Shown here piece after piece: positions 19,786-29,748 of a DNA stretch of 64,000 bases. The notes beneath the pieces are model-generated. The model ran no database searches, had not been told where the DNA came from, and was given only the letters and a program-made list of their open reading frames with translations. Origin of the DNA: an uncultured Gammaproteobacteria bacterium (GTDB lineage: Bacteria; Pseudomonadota; Gammaproteobacteria; Pseudomonadales; JAHEGP01); the NCBI GenBank assembly GCA_963808975.1, contig CAWEHR010000001.1:229908-293907 (forward strand), read 5' to 3'. Both the position numbers and the translations under genes were made by a program. Position 1 is the stretch's first letter. The number at the start of each line of letters is the position of its first letter.

Positions 19786-20244
19786 CTAAAGCGCCGCAGC
19801 GATCACTAAAGTGGGCAACAAAATCCACAGCAAGGTAAAACTCCCAAGAACGGCGAAGCTCCCCGCCGCAGTTGCGGCTTTGCCGCCATCGGTCAATTCC
19901 GTCTTTTCGATGGCGACTATATCGCTGATGGGTATAGGTTCTTGTTCTGCCCGGTCGACCTCAACCGAGTAATCGGTTGCAAAGCTATTGTCCGGGTCGC
20001 CGCCCTTCCCCATGACCACGCTATCGCCGGTAATCGAGCGCACCCAGCAACAGTGGCGGGTGCCATCCCGCGTGGTAATCGTTGCGCTATCACCAGGGTC
20101 GATAACATAGCCATTGATAATTTTCTGCTGCAATTGCTCTGGCGTCATATCAACCGGTTTGGTGGTGGTGCAGGCAGTTAACGCCATGACCACCAGCATC
20201 GCCAACACGTTCACAAAACCCGTTGAACTTAGGTACCTGTTCAT
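19786..20244 (-). CDS. hypothetical lipoprotein with a C-terminal TM segment
   Basis: Start MNRYLSSTGFVNVLAMLVVMALTAC (lipobox). C-terminal hydrophobic FAVLGSFTLLWILLPTLVIAAAL. Confidence 0.5.
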   Translation of the reverse strand: MNRYLSSTGFVNVLAMLVVMALTACTTTKPVDMTPEQLQQKIINGYVIDPGDSATITTRDGTRHCCWVRSITGDSVVMGKGGDPDNSFATDYSVEVDRAEQEPIPISDIVAIEKTELTDGGKAATAAGSFAVLGSFTLLWILLPTLVIAAAL

Positions 20245-20490
20245 TGCTTTATCATCATCCTGAAGCCCTGTCACCGGCTGGTATTGCCCGGACCCCGGCG
20301 ACGCTATCCGCCTACCAAAACAGCAGCATAAGTTGTGCCAAAAATAACATAGTGTCGGGTTTCAATGGCTTGCATATAAGGCCACTGCGGGCGACAACCC
20401 GAGGTGTAAAGAAAATCGACAGTTTCGCCGTTCGCCAATCCATTTGCCGACACTCATCGTAATTGCGTCACACCGAGAGTGGCGGAATCC

Positions 20491-21201
20491 ATGGCAACCC
20501 CCCTGATTATCACCGGCGTGGGCAAACGCGTCGGCCTGGCGCTGGCACAACACATACTTGCCCGGGGCGAGGCCGTGGTGGGCACCTTCCGCAGTGACTA
20601 CCCGCAGCTTGACGAGCTGCGCGAGCAGGGCGCCGAACTCTATCATCTCGACTGTTATGACCCTTCCAGTGTGGCCGCGTTTATTGCCGCCATCGGCGCT
20701 CGCTACCCCCAGCTCAGGGGCATCGTCCACAACGCCTCGGACTGGTTGCCGGACCGTGGGGATATCCCGCCCTGCGACGTCATTACCCGCATGTTGCAAG
20801 TGCATGTACAGGTACCCTACCAACTGAATATCGCCTTTGAGGGCCAACTGCTGGCGGGTGAAGACCGGCCCCGGGACATCATTCACATCACCGATTACGT
20901 GGTCGAGAAGGGCAGCAAGAAACATGCAGCGTATGCCGCCAGCAAGGCCGCAATGGCGAACCTCACCCTGTCCTTCGCCGCGCGCCTGGCGCCCCGGGTA
21001 AAAGTCAACAGCATCGCTCCCGCACTCATCCTGTTCAACCCCCACGACACACCCGAATACCGAACAAAAGCCCTGAAAAAGAGCGCCCTTGGGCGCGAGG
21101 GCGGCTTGCAGGCGATGCTGGAGGCGGTGGATTATCTGCTGGCCAGCTCCTATATCACCGGCCGCAGCCTGGCCCTGGATGGCGGACGCAATATCCTGTG
21201 A
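20491..21201 (+). CDS. folM: dihydromonapterin reductase / alternative dihydrofolate reductase (SDR)
   Basis: Colinear with E. coli FolM as I remember it: LIITGVGKRVGLALA, HNASDW, VHVQVPY, IIHITDYVVEKGSKKHAAYAASKAA, VKVNSIAPALILFN, TGRSLALDGGR. An alternative GTG start lies at 20479. Confidence 0.8.
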   Translation: MATPLIITGVGKRVGLALAQHILARGEAVVGTFRSDYPQLDELREQGAELYHLDCYDPSSVAAFIAAIGARYPQLRGIVHNASDWLPDRGDIPPCDVITRMLQVHVQVPYQLNIAFEGQLLAGEDRPRDIIHITDYVVEKGSKKHAAYAASKAAMANLTLSFAARLAPRVKVNSIAPALILFNPHDTPEYRTKALKKSALGREGGLQAMLEAVDYLLASSYITGRSLALDGGRNIL

Positions 21202-21229
21202 AGCGGAGGCCCGCCCGGATGGGCTCACC

Positions 21230-22795
21230 ATGAAACCCGACGGCGGCAAGCGCTTTCGCAAGCTGCGGCTCATACTGGGTGACCAGCTCCACCGCGGGCA
21301 CTCCTGGTATCGCAGCCCCGATCCCGCTGTCCTCTACCTCATCGCCGAAATGCGGCAGGAAACCGACTACGTCAAGCACCATCAGCAAAAGTTGTGCGCA
21401 TTCTTTTTGGCGATGGAAGTCTTCGCCCGCGAGTTGCATATATCCGGCCATCAGGTACTACACCTGACACTGGATGATACCGCTGACTTTGCCGACTTGG
21501 CGGAATTGCTGGGCGCTCTGTGCCAGCGTTACACGGTAACAGAACTCGAGTACCAACAGCCCGACGAATACCGGCTGGCCCGGCAGCTGGAGACGCTGGG
21601 GATAGACGGCGTCGCGATCCGTTGCTGCGACAGCGAGCACTTCCTGCTGCCATTCGACGACATTCCGGAGCATTTTGCCCCGGGCAAACACCAGCGCATG
21701 GAAAACTTCTACCGCTGGATGCGCCGCCACCACCAGATTCTGATGGATAATGGCGAACCCCTGGGGGGACAGTGGAATTACGATGCGGACAATCGCAACA
21801 AACTGCGGCCAGCAGACCTGGCGGCCATTCCCGCACCCCTGCTGTTCGCCAATGCCGTCGGTCCCATCCGCCGTCGCCTGGAGCGCCACGGCGTCGAATC
21901 CTTCGGTGAGTGCACTGACACCCTGCTGTGGCCGATAAACCGGGAACAATCGCTGCAGCTACTGCGCTACTTTTGCCAACACTGCCTGCCCCGATTCGGC
22001 ACTTTCCAGGATGCGATGACTGGCCGCAGTGAGCACCAGTGGAGCCTGTATCACTCGCGACTTTCTTTTTCACTGAACACCAAGATGCTGCATCCGCTGG
22101 AAGTGATCGAGGCTGCCCTGGGCTACCAGGACAACGCCGGGAACGGGATCAGCCTGGCCCAGGTCGAGGGCTTCGTGCGCCAGATACTGGGCTGGCGCGA
22201 ACATGTCAGGGGGGTCTACTGGAGCAATATGCCCCGCTACTCCCAACTCAACGCACTGGCTGCCAGGCGCCCGCTGCCGGACTTTTTCTGGACTGCCAAA
22301 ACCCGGATGCGCTGCCTCGAGGCGGCCATCGGCCAGTCGCTGCAGTTTGGCTATGCCCACCACATCCAGCGACTGATGATTACCGGCAACTTCTGCCTGC
22401 TGGCGGGGATCGACCCGGCCCAGGTGGACGCCTGGTACCTCGGCATCTATGTGGATGCCATCGAGTGGGTCGAGCTACCCAACACCCGGGGCATGAGCCA
22501 GTTTGCCGACGATGGTATCCTGGCGACCAAACCCTATGCGGCCAGCGGCAATTATGTGCATAAAATGAGTGACTACTGCGGCGACTGTTTCTATCGGGTA
22601 AAACAAAAACACACCGAAGCCGCCTGCCCGCTGAACAGCCTCTACTGGAACTTCATGGTGCAGCACCGGTCCCGCCTGCAGGGCAATCCGCGCATTGGCA
22701 TGGTCTATCGGAACTGGGATAAACAAAGCGAGGAACAGCGCAGCGCCACCCTGGAGCGAGCCCAGTGGTACCTGCAACACATTGACAGCTTGTAG
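21230..22795 (+). CDS. cryptochrome/photolyase-family protein of the FeS-BCP / (6-4) photolyase (PhrB/CryB-like) type
   Basis: Start MKPDGGKRFRKLRLILGDQL. The 'deoxyribodipyrimidine photolyase-related' layout, with C-terminal cysteines (YCGDCFY...EAACPLNSLYW) as in iron-sulfur bacterial cryptochromes/photolyases. Confidence 0.75.
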   Translation: MKPDGGKRFRKLRLILGDQLHRGHSWYRSPDPAVLYLIAEMRQETDYVKHHQQKLCAFFLAMEVFARELHISGHQVLHLTLDDTADFADLAELLGALCQRYTVTELEYQQPDEYRLARQLETLGIDGVAIRCCDSEHFLLPFDDIPEHFAPGKHQRMENFYRWMRRHHQILMDNGEPLGGQWNYDADNRNKLRPADLAAIPAPLLFANAVGPIRRRLERHGVESFGECTDTLLWPINREQSLQLLRYFCQHCLPRFGTFQDAMTGRSEHQWSLYHSRLSFSLNTKMLHPLEVIEAALGYQDNAGNGISLAQVEGFVRQILGWREHVRGVYWSNMPRYSQLNALAARRPLPDFFWTAKTRMRCLEAAIGQSLQFGYAHHIQRLMITGNFCLLAGIDPAQVDAWYLGIYVDAIEWVELPNTRGMSQFADDGILATKPYAASGNYVHKMSDYCGDCFYRVKQKHTEAACPLNSLYWNFMVQHRSRLQGNPRIGMVYRNWDKQSEEQRSATLERAQWYLQHIDSL

Positions 22796-22842
22796 ACCGC
22801 TGTCAGCAAACACCATCCAACCCTGGGAAACACGACCACACC

Positions 22843-23331
22843 ATGAATCGAATAGCAAAAGCCAAGCTGCCTGCCGTTGGCAGGCTCGCAATGCTGGGCC
22901 TGACCGCTGCGCTGTTGTCCGGCTGTTCATCCAGTGCCCCGAGCGAAGATTCCGGCACCGTCAAATTGCACAGCCCCGGCCAACGCCTGGCACCCTGCCC
23001 TTCCTCGCCAAACTGCGTCAGCAGTCGCGACGGCGAAACGCCGCCATGGATGCTCAACGGTTCTGCCGCCGCGGCCTGGCCACAGGTGGTCGCTGCCCTC
23101 GGCGGTCTTGCGCGCACCACAATCGTCGTAGAAGACGGTTACTATCTGCATGCCGAGTCGCGCTCCAGGCTGTTTGGCTTCGTGGACGATGTTGAACTCG
23201 CCATCGATGAGCACAACGGCACCATCAATTTTCGCTCTGCGTCACGCCTGGGGTACTCTGACCTGGGCGTCAATAAACGACGCCTCGACGAGCTCTACGC
23301 TGAATTGCAGCAGCGGCAGGTGCTGCGGTAG
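22843..23331 (+). CDS. DUF1499-family lipoprotein
   Basis: Lipobox LLSGCSS. PCPSSPNCVSS and FGFVDDVEL...SRLGYSDLGVNKRR are typical DUF1499 motifs. Confidence 0.7.
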   Translation: MNRIAKAKLPAVGRLAMLGLTAALLSGCSSSAPSEDSGTVKLHSPGQRLAPCPSSPNCVSSRDGETPPWMLNGSAAAAWPQVVAALGGLARTTIVVEDGYYLHAESRSRLFGFVDDVELAIDEHNGTINFRSASRLGYSDLGVNKRRLDELYAELQQRQVLR

Positions 23332-23341
23332 CGGCCAGTTC

Positions 23342-24355
23342 TTACATCTTCAATACCAGGCGATAGCGCGCCTTGCCCGCCGCGAAATGCTCCAGGGCAT
23401 CATTGACGTCGCACAGATCGAACTGTTCGGTAACCGGCTCGATGTGGTGACGGGCGCAAAACTCGATCATCTGCCGCGTTCTTGCCGGGCTCCCCAGGGG
23501 ACTACCCGACACTGACAGCTGGCTGCTGATCAGCGCCCCGGCACTGGCCGGAATGGGATCGGGAACCATGCCGACGGTATGGAGTATACCGCCGGGCGCC
23601 AGCGCCTTGATATAGCCGGCCCAGGGCAGGTTGGCGTCGGTGGTATTGAGCACCATATCCAGCGACCCGGCGATCGCCGCCATCGCGTTTTCGTCTTTGC
23701 TGTTGACCACAGCGTGGGCGCCCAGGGATATCGCCTCAGCTGATTTGTCGGGACTGGTGGTAAAGGCAGTCACCTCGCAGCCCCACTTGTTGAGGAATTG
23801 CAGCGCCAGGTGCCCAAGCCCGCCGATCCCTATCACCCCAACCCTGTGAGTGGGGCGAATACCCAGCTCCAGCAGGGGATGAAATACCGTAATGCCACCG
23901 CACAACAAGGGGCCGGCCTTACTGCTGTCGATTGCCGCGGGAATCGGTGTCGCCCACGCCCAGTGGCAGCGAACCTTATCGGCAAAACCGCCATTGCGAC
24001 CGACGATGGTGTACTCGTTCTGGCGACACAGGTTGTGTTCGCCGGACAGACAGTGCATGCAGTGCATACAGCTACCGGCGAACCAGCCCAGGCCAACCTG
24101 GTCGCCAACCTTCACGCCCCGGGCCATTTCACCCGCCGCAATGACGGTGCCAATCACTTCATGGCCGGGCACAAAGGGATAGCGAGTGACCCCCCAGTCA
24201 TTGCGGATCATGCTGAAATCCGAATGGCAGATACCACAGTAGGCGACCTGGATATCTACCTGCTCCGGACCCAGTTCGGGCAGCTCGAACTCGTAGGGCT
24301 GCAACGGCTTGTCCGCGGCCACCGCCGCATAGGCTTTAACGATTGTCCTGCTCAT
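23342..24355 (-). CDS. zinc-dependent NAD(P) alcohol dehydrogenase (YahK / cinnamyl-ADH-like)
   Basis: GICHSD, PGHEVIG, structural-zinc cysteines CMHCMHCLSGEHNLC, and Rossmann GVIGIGGLGH. Start taken at MSRTIVKAYAA. Confidence 0.85.
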   Translation of the reverse strand: MSRTIVKAYAAVAADKPLQPYEFELPELGPEQVDIQVAYCGICHSDFSMIRNDWGVTRYPFVPGHEVIGTVIAAGEMARGVKVGDQVGLGWFAGSCMHCMHCLSGEHNLCRQNEYTIVGRNGGFADKVRCHWAWATPIPAAIDSSKAGPLLCGGITVFHPLLELGIRPTHRVGVIGIGGLGHLALQFLNKWGCEVTAFTTSPDKSAEAISLGAHAVVNSKDENAMAAIAGSLDMVLNTTDANLPWAGYIKALAPGGILHTVGMVPDPIPASAGALISSQLSVSGSPLGSPARTRQMIEFCARHHIEPVTEQFDLCDVNDALEHFAAGKARYRLVLKM

Positions 24356-24590
24356 TGAGGAATCTCCTGCTGAGGAAGTCACGGCGCGCCCAGCTGAACG
24401 CCTTTATTTTTGGGTAGTCGGCAAAATCGCACAATTCGGGGCGCAAGACAACCGGCCCGGCCCATGCGTCACCGGCGACAATCGGCTATGCCCTGTCGCC
24501 ACAAAGCGGCTGCAATCCCAAAAGGTGCTTGTATGGCATCCCATTACGCTTACATAATAGGGCCACGATTCACCGCCGGGAGTGAGGGCG

Positions 24591-25025
24591 ATGACCAAAC
24601 CATACCTCGGGATAGCCATCGTACTGGGGCTGCTTCTGGCACTTCCCCTGCGGGCGCAAAATGACATGGACATTTTGCGAACGGACTGGATCGAGCAAAC
24701 CCGGGGCTACCAGGAAACCGCGGTGGGGGCACAGGTGCGCGCCATAGATCCGTCGGGCTCCGGCGACAGTCACACGATAACACTCGCCATTCCCAAGAGC
24801 GCGATCTCAGACCCGGAGTATATTGAAGAGGTGGTGGTCGTGGGCAAAAAGCCCGAGGAACCGGAACCGCTACTGAACACCCGCTACCAGTGGCTGGATG
24901 ACTACGACAACGACAACTACGGCCTGGTTCTCCACCTGGGCAAAGATTCGACCTGGCCCCTGAGGGTCTACCTGAGCGCGAAGCACGGGTACCTCGCCAC
25001 TGAATCTCGACAGTTGATGAAATAA
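24591..25025 (+). CDS. hypothetical secreted protein
   Basis: MTKPYLGIAIVLGLLLALPLRAQ signal peptide. No family recognised. Confidence 0.45.
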   Translation: MTKPYLGIAIVLGLLLALPLRAQNDMDILRTDWIEQTRGYQETAVGAQVRAIDPSGSGDSHTITLAIPKSAISDPEYIEEVVVVGKKPEEPEPLLNTRYQWLDDYDNDNYGLVLHLGKDSTWPLRVYLSAKHGYLATESRQLMK

Positions 25026-25138
25026 AAATGGTGGAATGTTCCCCCCGCCGGGGTTGAACTGCCTCCTGCGAGGGGTAGAGCCGCACCGTTAAAAAAGGTA
25101 GGCTATTCCTATTCCTCGCATATTGCAGGTGATTTGAT

Positions 25139-25384
25139 ATGAATACCGGTGATAAACACAGCAAGCATGAACTGTCGCTGGTGCCCAAGGAGGGGCAAGG
25201 CCCCGCTGAGTTCGGCGCCAAAGACATCGAGCGTTTTGCCGAGCGCAGAAGCGATCGGGAAGATCGCCGCAGTGGTATCGAGCGCCGCAGCATGATTCGA
25301 TTCGAGCCGGGCAAACCCGCGGATCGCCGCTCTATGCTGGACCGGCGCAAGGGCAATTTGGGCTGGCGTGGCCGCGACCTGTAA
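25139..25384 (+). CDS. small Arg-rich repeat protein (hypothetical)
   Basis: 81-aa ORF with four (E/D)RRS units ([28 protein letters not shown]). Sits 74 nt upstream of the DUF3604 gene. Confidence 0.4.
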   Translation: MNTGDKHSKHELSLVPKEGQGPAEFGAKDIERFAERRSDREDRRSGIERRSMIRFEPGKPADRRSMLDRRKGNLGWRGRDL

Positions 25385-25457
25385 CCCCTGTCACCGGGAA
25401 TCCGTGGTCGTCACACCCTTACCCAAGTCTTGCACACTAAAAAAGGAACACCACTCC

Positions 25458-27377
25458 ATGACCAGAATCCGAACCCTTGTCTGCTTTTCTGCCGCCCTGG
25501 CTGCACCGCTGGCGCAGGCGCAAATCCAGCCCAGCGAAGCGTCGCTGCAGGACATCTATCCCGGAGCGGCGTACTCGCCCTATGCCAAGCGCGGCTTCCC
25601 CAGCCAGGTATTCTGGGGCGACACCCACCTGCATACGGGCATGTCCATGGATGCCGGCCTGTTCGGCAATACCACCGGCCTCGATACCGCCTACCGCTTT
25701 GCCCGGGGCGAGGAAGTGATGGCGGCATCGGGCCAACCGGCACGACTGGGCCGGCCCCTCGACTGGATGGTCCTCACCGACCATTCCGATGGCATGGGTA
25801 TGATACTCGACCTGGCCAGGGGTACCCCGAACGTCCTCAAGTCCGAACAGGGCAAGCGCTGGCACGAGGCGCTCAAAAAAGGCGGGGCAGAGTCGGCCGC
25901 TGCAGCCCTCGATCTGATCACGACTTTTTCCCAGGGTAAGATGGATCCCGCATTAATCGGCGATTACTCACCGGGCTCCCCCGCCTACGCCTCGATTTGG
26001 CAGAAGGTGATCGACGCCGCGGAAAAATACAATGAACCCGGCCGCTTCACTGCCTTCATCGGCTTCGAGTGGACCTCGCTGGTGAACGGCAACAACCTGC
26101 ATCGCAATGTGGTGATACGTGACAACGGCGACAAGGCCGGCCGTGTTGAACCGATGGTCACCCAGGGGCCCGGCGGCAGTACGGACCCACTGGATCTCTA
26201 CAAGTGGCTGGAGGACTACGAGAGTAAAACCGGCGGCAACGTATTTGCCATTGCCCATAACGGCAACCTGTCCAACGGCACCATGTTCCCGGTGGACAAG
26301 CGCATCAGCGGCGCGACGGTCGACCAGAACTATGTACAGCTGCGCGCCAAGTGGGAGCCGCTCTATGAATACACCCAGATCAAGGGGGATGGCGAGGCCC
26401 ACCCGCGCCTGTCCCCCGACGATGAATTCGCCAACTACGAAACCTGGGACGCCGGCAACCTCGATCTTTCAGAGGCCAAAACCCCGGATATGCTGGCCCG
26501 GGAATACGCCCGGGAAGCTCTCAAGACGGGCATGAAGCTGGAGAAATCCTTCGGCACCAACCCTTACCGTTTCGGCGCCGTGGGCTCTACCGACAGCCAC
26601 ACTTCGCTGTCGACCGCCGAGGAAGAGAACTTCTTTGGCAAGGCCACCAATGCCGAGCCATCGCCCAAGCGGATGCAGCACCCGTTCAGCAAGACCGACA
26701 AGGGCGTGTTCGAGGGTTACCAGTTGGTCGCATCCGGCTATACCGGAGTCTGGGCCATGGAAAACACCCGCGCGTCAGTGTGGGATGCCATGAAGCGGCG
26801 CGAAACCTATGCCACCACCGGCCCCCGCATGATGGTGCGGTTTTTTGGCGGCTGGAACTACACCGCAGAAGACCTGAACAGCCGCCAGCCCGCTTTTCGC
26901 GGCTATGAAAAAGGCGTGCCGATGGGGGGAGCGCTGGGTAAGGCCGGGGGCGATGCCCCCACCTTCATGGTGTATGCGCTGCGTGATCCCATCGGCGCCA
27001 ACCTCGATCGCATCCAGATCGTGAAGGGCTGGATGGATGCCGACGGCAAATTGCAGGAAAAAGTCTACGATGTCGCCTGGGCCGGCGATCGCAAGCCCGA
27101 CGCCAGTGGCAAGGTGCCGGCGGTGGGCAACACCGTCGATGTCAAGGCCGCCAACTGGACCAATACCATCGGGGCGTCAGAGCTTGGCACGGTGTGGACC
27201 GACCCGGATTTCGAAGCCGGTGATCCGGCGTTCTACTATGCCCGGGTGTTGGAGATACCCACGCCACGCTGGGTGGTCTACGACGCGTTCCGCTACGGTA
27301 TCGACATCCCCAAGGGGGCGGAGACGACGGGCCAGGAACGCGCCTACACCTCACCCATCTGGTATGACGCCAGGTAG
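25458..27377 (+). CDS. DUF3604-family secreted protein (PHP-like metal-dependent hydrolase fold)
   Basis: Start [22 protein letters not shown] (signal peptide). [15 protein letters not shown] and VLTDHSD metal-binding His/Asp motifs typical of DUF3604. Confidence 0.75.
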   Translation: MTRIRTLVCFSAALAAPLAQAQIQPSEASLQDIYPGAAYSPYAKRGFPSQVFWGDTHLHTGMSMDAGLFGNTTGLDTAYRFARGEEVMAASGQPARLGRPLDWMVLTDHSDGMGMILDLARGTPNVLKSEQGKRWHEALKKGGAESAAAALDLITTFSQGKMDPALIGDYSPGSPAYASIWQKVIDAAEKYNEPGRFTAFIGFEWTSLVNGNNLHRNVVIRDNGDKAGRVEPMVTQGPGGSTDPLDLYKWLEDYESKTGGNVFAIAHNGNLSNGTMFPVDKRISGATVDQNYVQLRAKWEPLYEYTQIKGDGEAHPRLSPDDEFANYETWDAGNLDLSEAKTPDMLAREYAREALKTGMKLEKSFGTNPYRFGAVGSTDSHTSLSTAEEENFFGKATNAEPSPKRMQHPFSKTDKGVFEGYQLVASGYTGVWAMENTRASVWDAMKRRETYATTGPRMMVRFFGGWNYTAEDLNSRQPAFRGYEKGVPMGGALGKAGGDAPTFMVYALRDPIGANLDRIQIVKGWMDADGKLQEKVYDVAWAGDRKPDASGKVPAVGNTVDVKAANWTNTIGASELGTVWTDPDFEAGDPAFYYARVLEIPTPRWVVYDAFRYGIDIPKGAETTGQERAYTSPIWYDAR

Positions 27378-27435
27378 ACCAGTGCACTCCGGGTAGCGGG
27401 CATCGCCACATGGGCTTGGGCCCGTACCCGGGAGC

Positions 27436-28449
27436 TCACTCAAATAACACCACTTGTTCGAATCGCGGCAGGGTCTGGAGTTTAATGTGCGGGTTGGCTG
27501 CTTCTTGTTCGCGTAAAAATTCCAGGGTGGCCTCGCCGCTGCCCTCCACCAGGGCCAGTGCCGCCACCTGGCCGCGGAAGGCTCCCTCCAGGGGTGCAGT
27601 CAAACTGTCGTAGTGAACGGGTATCACCCGGCTTGGCGCTACTGCCAACACCGACTCGCGCCAGTAGCCCTCGCGGTACTTTTCAGTTTGCGAGCCCAGC
27701 GCACCGACGCCCAGAAACACCACGTCGGCACGCAAGCCCTCCAGGGCGCCCTCGACAAAACCCGCGCTGCCCGTGATTAACCAGCTCCCACGAGGGTGGC
27801 TGACGTGCAATACATAGGCCCTGCCCACGCGATAATCGAGCGCCCTGGCAGGTGGCACCAGGGGCGAGGCAATGCTGGGCGTGCCCAATACCTGCTCGCG
27901 TACCGTGGGATTCGGGAATTGGAAGTGCTGCGATTCGATCGGGGTAATCACGAACTTGCCCAGAGTTATCGGCTGGCGATCCGCAACCACCCGTATCTGC
28001 GATTCAGGCAAACCCCAGCCCCTGCCGATATTGGCGGTGGAGGGCGAGCCCAGCAGCACTGCGCCGGTGCGGCGGGCCACCTCCGGTGAATCCATCGCAT
28101 GGTCGTAGTGGGAGTGTACCGGGAACACGGCGCTCAGCTTGTCCACTTTCATGGCAGCCAGGCCACGCCCTATAGCATCCAGGTCGGGCGCAATTTCTCC
28201 CAACAACAGGCGCAGCGGCCCGGGGCGGCTGAACCAGCCATCCACCATCCACGCGGTTTCACCGTCGCTGAACAGGAGCGTCGTCGTACCCGCAAACCGC
28301 ACCGTTACCGCCGTGCCCGGCACCGGCTTGCTTCCCTGCACTTGCCAGGACGGATCGACCGGCGGGGGCGTGTAGACAAGCAAGCCATAGCCAAGCAGGC
28401 CAACCAGCACCAGCAGCAGGCACCCCGTGAAGATCATTACTTGTCGCAT
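27436..28449 (-). CDS. MBL-fold metallo-hydrolase with an N-terminal membrane anchor
   Basis: N-terminal TM segment IFTGCLLLVLVGLLGYGLLVY. VHSHYDHAMD resembles the HxHxDH motif of the metallo-beta-lactamase fold. Confidence 0.65.
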   Translation of the reverse strand: MRQVMIFTGCLLLVLVGLLGYGLLVYTPPPVDPSWQVQGSKPVPGTAVTVRFAGTTTLLFSDGETAWMVDGWFSRPGPLRLLLGEIAPDLDAIGRGLAAMKVDKLSAVFPVHSHYDHAMDSPEVARRTGAVLLGSPSTANIGRGWGLPESQIRVVADRQPITLGKFVITPIESQHFQFPNPTVREQVLGTPSIASPLVPPARALDYRVGRAYVLHVSHPRGSWLITGSAGFVEGALEGLRADVVFLGVGALGSQTEKYREGYWRESVLAVAPSRVIPVHYDSLTAPLEGAFRGQVAALALVEGSGEATLEFLREQEAANPHIKLQTLPRFEQVVLFE

Positions 28450-28721
28450 CGCGAACCAAGCCCCGCATGAAAGCAGAGTTGCAGCATAACCCCGCCGCTA
28501 GCTAAGAGGCCAGCCGGTGATAGCCGGCTCAGCAAAATTCGTGAACCCAAAAATGGTCCCCCTGGCCGTCTCGATCATGCGCCGTGACGTGGGAGTCACT
28601 GTGGTAGACGCGGTAAAAATCCGCGAGTATGCTAAGACGCTGGTAGTGGCCGCAACGCGTCACCAATAATGTCTGCGCAGCGCGCCACTGAAGGCAAACT
28701 GACGAGGCGATAATAATCACC

Positions 28722-29285
28722 ATGAAAAACCTTGACGTATTGAGCCTGCATCCCGAGGACCACCTGGTGCACCCGGAGGAATTCGACGAAGCGAAACTGG
28801 AGTCCCCGGCGCTCAGCATCTTCACCGATTTCAAGGTCCACCAGCCGGTGGAGATCGAAGGCGACACGCCGGCCGTGCAGGCTGAATTCCTGATGCGCAA
28901 GGCCCATGTGCACCTGCAGTTGGTGGTTGATAAAAGCGACGAACTAATCGGCTTGGTCAGCCACGATGACCTGAGCGATGGCAACCTGATTTCACAACAC
29001 GCCAAAGGTCACAGCCGGGAGGACCTGCTGGTCAAGCACCTGATGACACCGAGGGAACATATCAAGGCGCTGAGCTATCGCCAGTTGCAGAACTGCACCA
29101 TAGGCGATGTGGTTCATACCCTGCAGAAACAGCGCCAGCAACACTGCCTGGTACTGGACCAGGAGCTCCATCACATCCGCGGTATCGTCTCAGCCGGCGA
29201 CATCGCCCGGCGCCTGCACATAGCGCTGCATATCGAGAACGTGCCCACCTTCGTCGACATATTCCACGCAGCCAAACCTCGCTAG
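28722..29285 (+). CDS. CBS-domain protein
   Basis: Two CBS-like repeats (VHLQLVVDKSDELIGLVSHDDL and QHCLVLDQELHHIRGIVSAGDIARRL). Confidence 0.7.
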   Translation: MKNLDVLSLHPEDHLVHPEEFDEAKLESPALSIFTDFKVHQPVEIEGDTPAVQAEFLMRKAHVHLQLVVDKSDELIGLVSHDDLSDGNLISQHAKGHSREDLLVKHLMTPREHIKALSYRQLQNCTIGDVVHTLQKQRQQHCLVLDQELHHIRGIVSAGDIARRLHIALHIENVPTFVDIFHAAKPR

Positions 29286-29297
29286 GGGCCGATTGCC

Positions 29298-29720
29298 ATG
29301 TCAGTATGGAAGCGCACATTTACCCTCGCGGATATCCAGGCCAGTTCCACCAATACCCTGGTGGAACACCTTGACATACGGTTTATTGAGGTGGGCGACG
29401 ACTTCCTGCGCGCTTCCATGCCGGTGGATCCTCGCACCCACCAGCCGATGGGCATTCTGCATGGCGGCGCCTCGGTGGTGCTGGCCGAAACCCTGGGAAG
29501 TGTCGCCGCCAACATGGCTGTAGCACCCGGCCAGGCGTGTGTCGGACTGGACATCAACGCCAATCATCTCGCGGCGATCAGGACCGGGCTGGTCTTTGGC
29601 GAGACCAGGCCGGTGCATATTGGCCGCTCCACCCAGGTGTGGGCCATCGACATCAGGGATGCGAATGGCAAGGCCATTTGCGTTTCACGGCTGACCATGG
29701 CGGTGCTCGACCAGCACTAG
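29298..29720 (+). CDS. hotdog-fold acyl-CoA thioesterase, PaaI / YbdB family
   Basis: HQPMGILHGGASVVLAETLGS and HIGRSTQVW motifs. 140 aa. Confidence 0.8.
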   Translation: MSVWKRTFTLADIQASSTNTLVEHLDIRFIEVGDDFLRASMPVDPRTHQPMGILHGGASVVLAETLGSVAANMAVAPGQACVGLDINANHLAAIRTGLVFGETRPVHIGRSTQVWAIDIRDANGKAICVSRLTMAVLDQH

Positions 29721-29748
29721 GATGGCAATGCAAAACGCCAGCGCCAGG

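Noticed and set aside
24550-25356. A 268-aa minus-strand ORF covering the secreted-protein and Arg-rich small-protein genes.
   Set aside because: It is Ser/Arg/Pro-rich low-complexity sequence with no domains. The plus-strand ORFs have a signal peptide and a repeat structure respectively, and are the better explanation.
28529-29005. A 158-aa minus-strand ORF spanning the MBL-hydrolase / CBS-protein intergenic region.
   Set aside because: It overlaps the well-supported CBS-domain gene in antisense, has no motifs, and has a poor start context.
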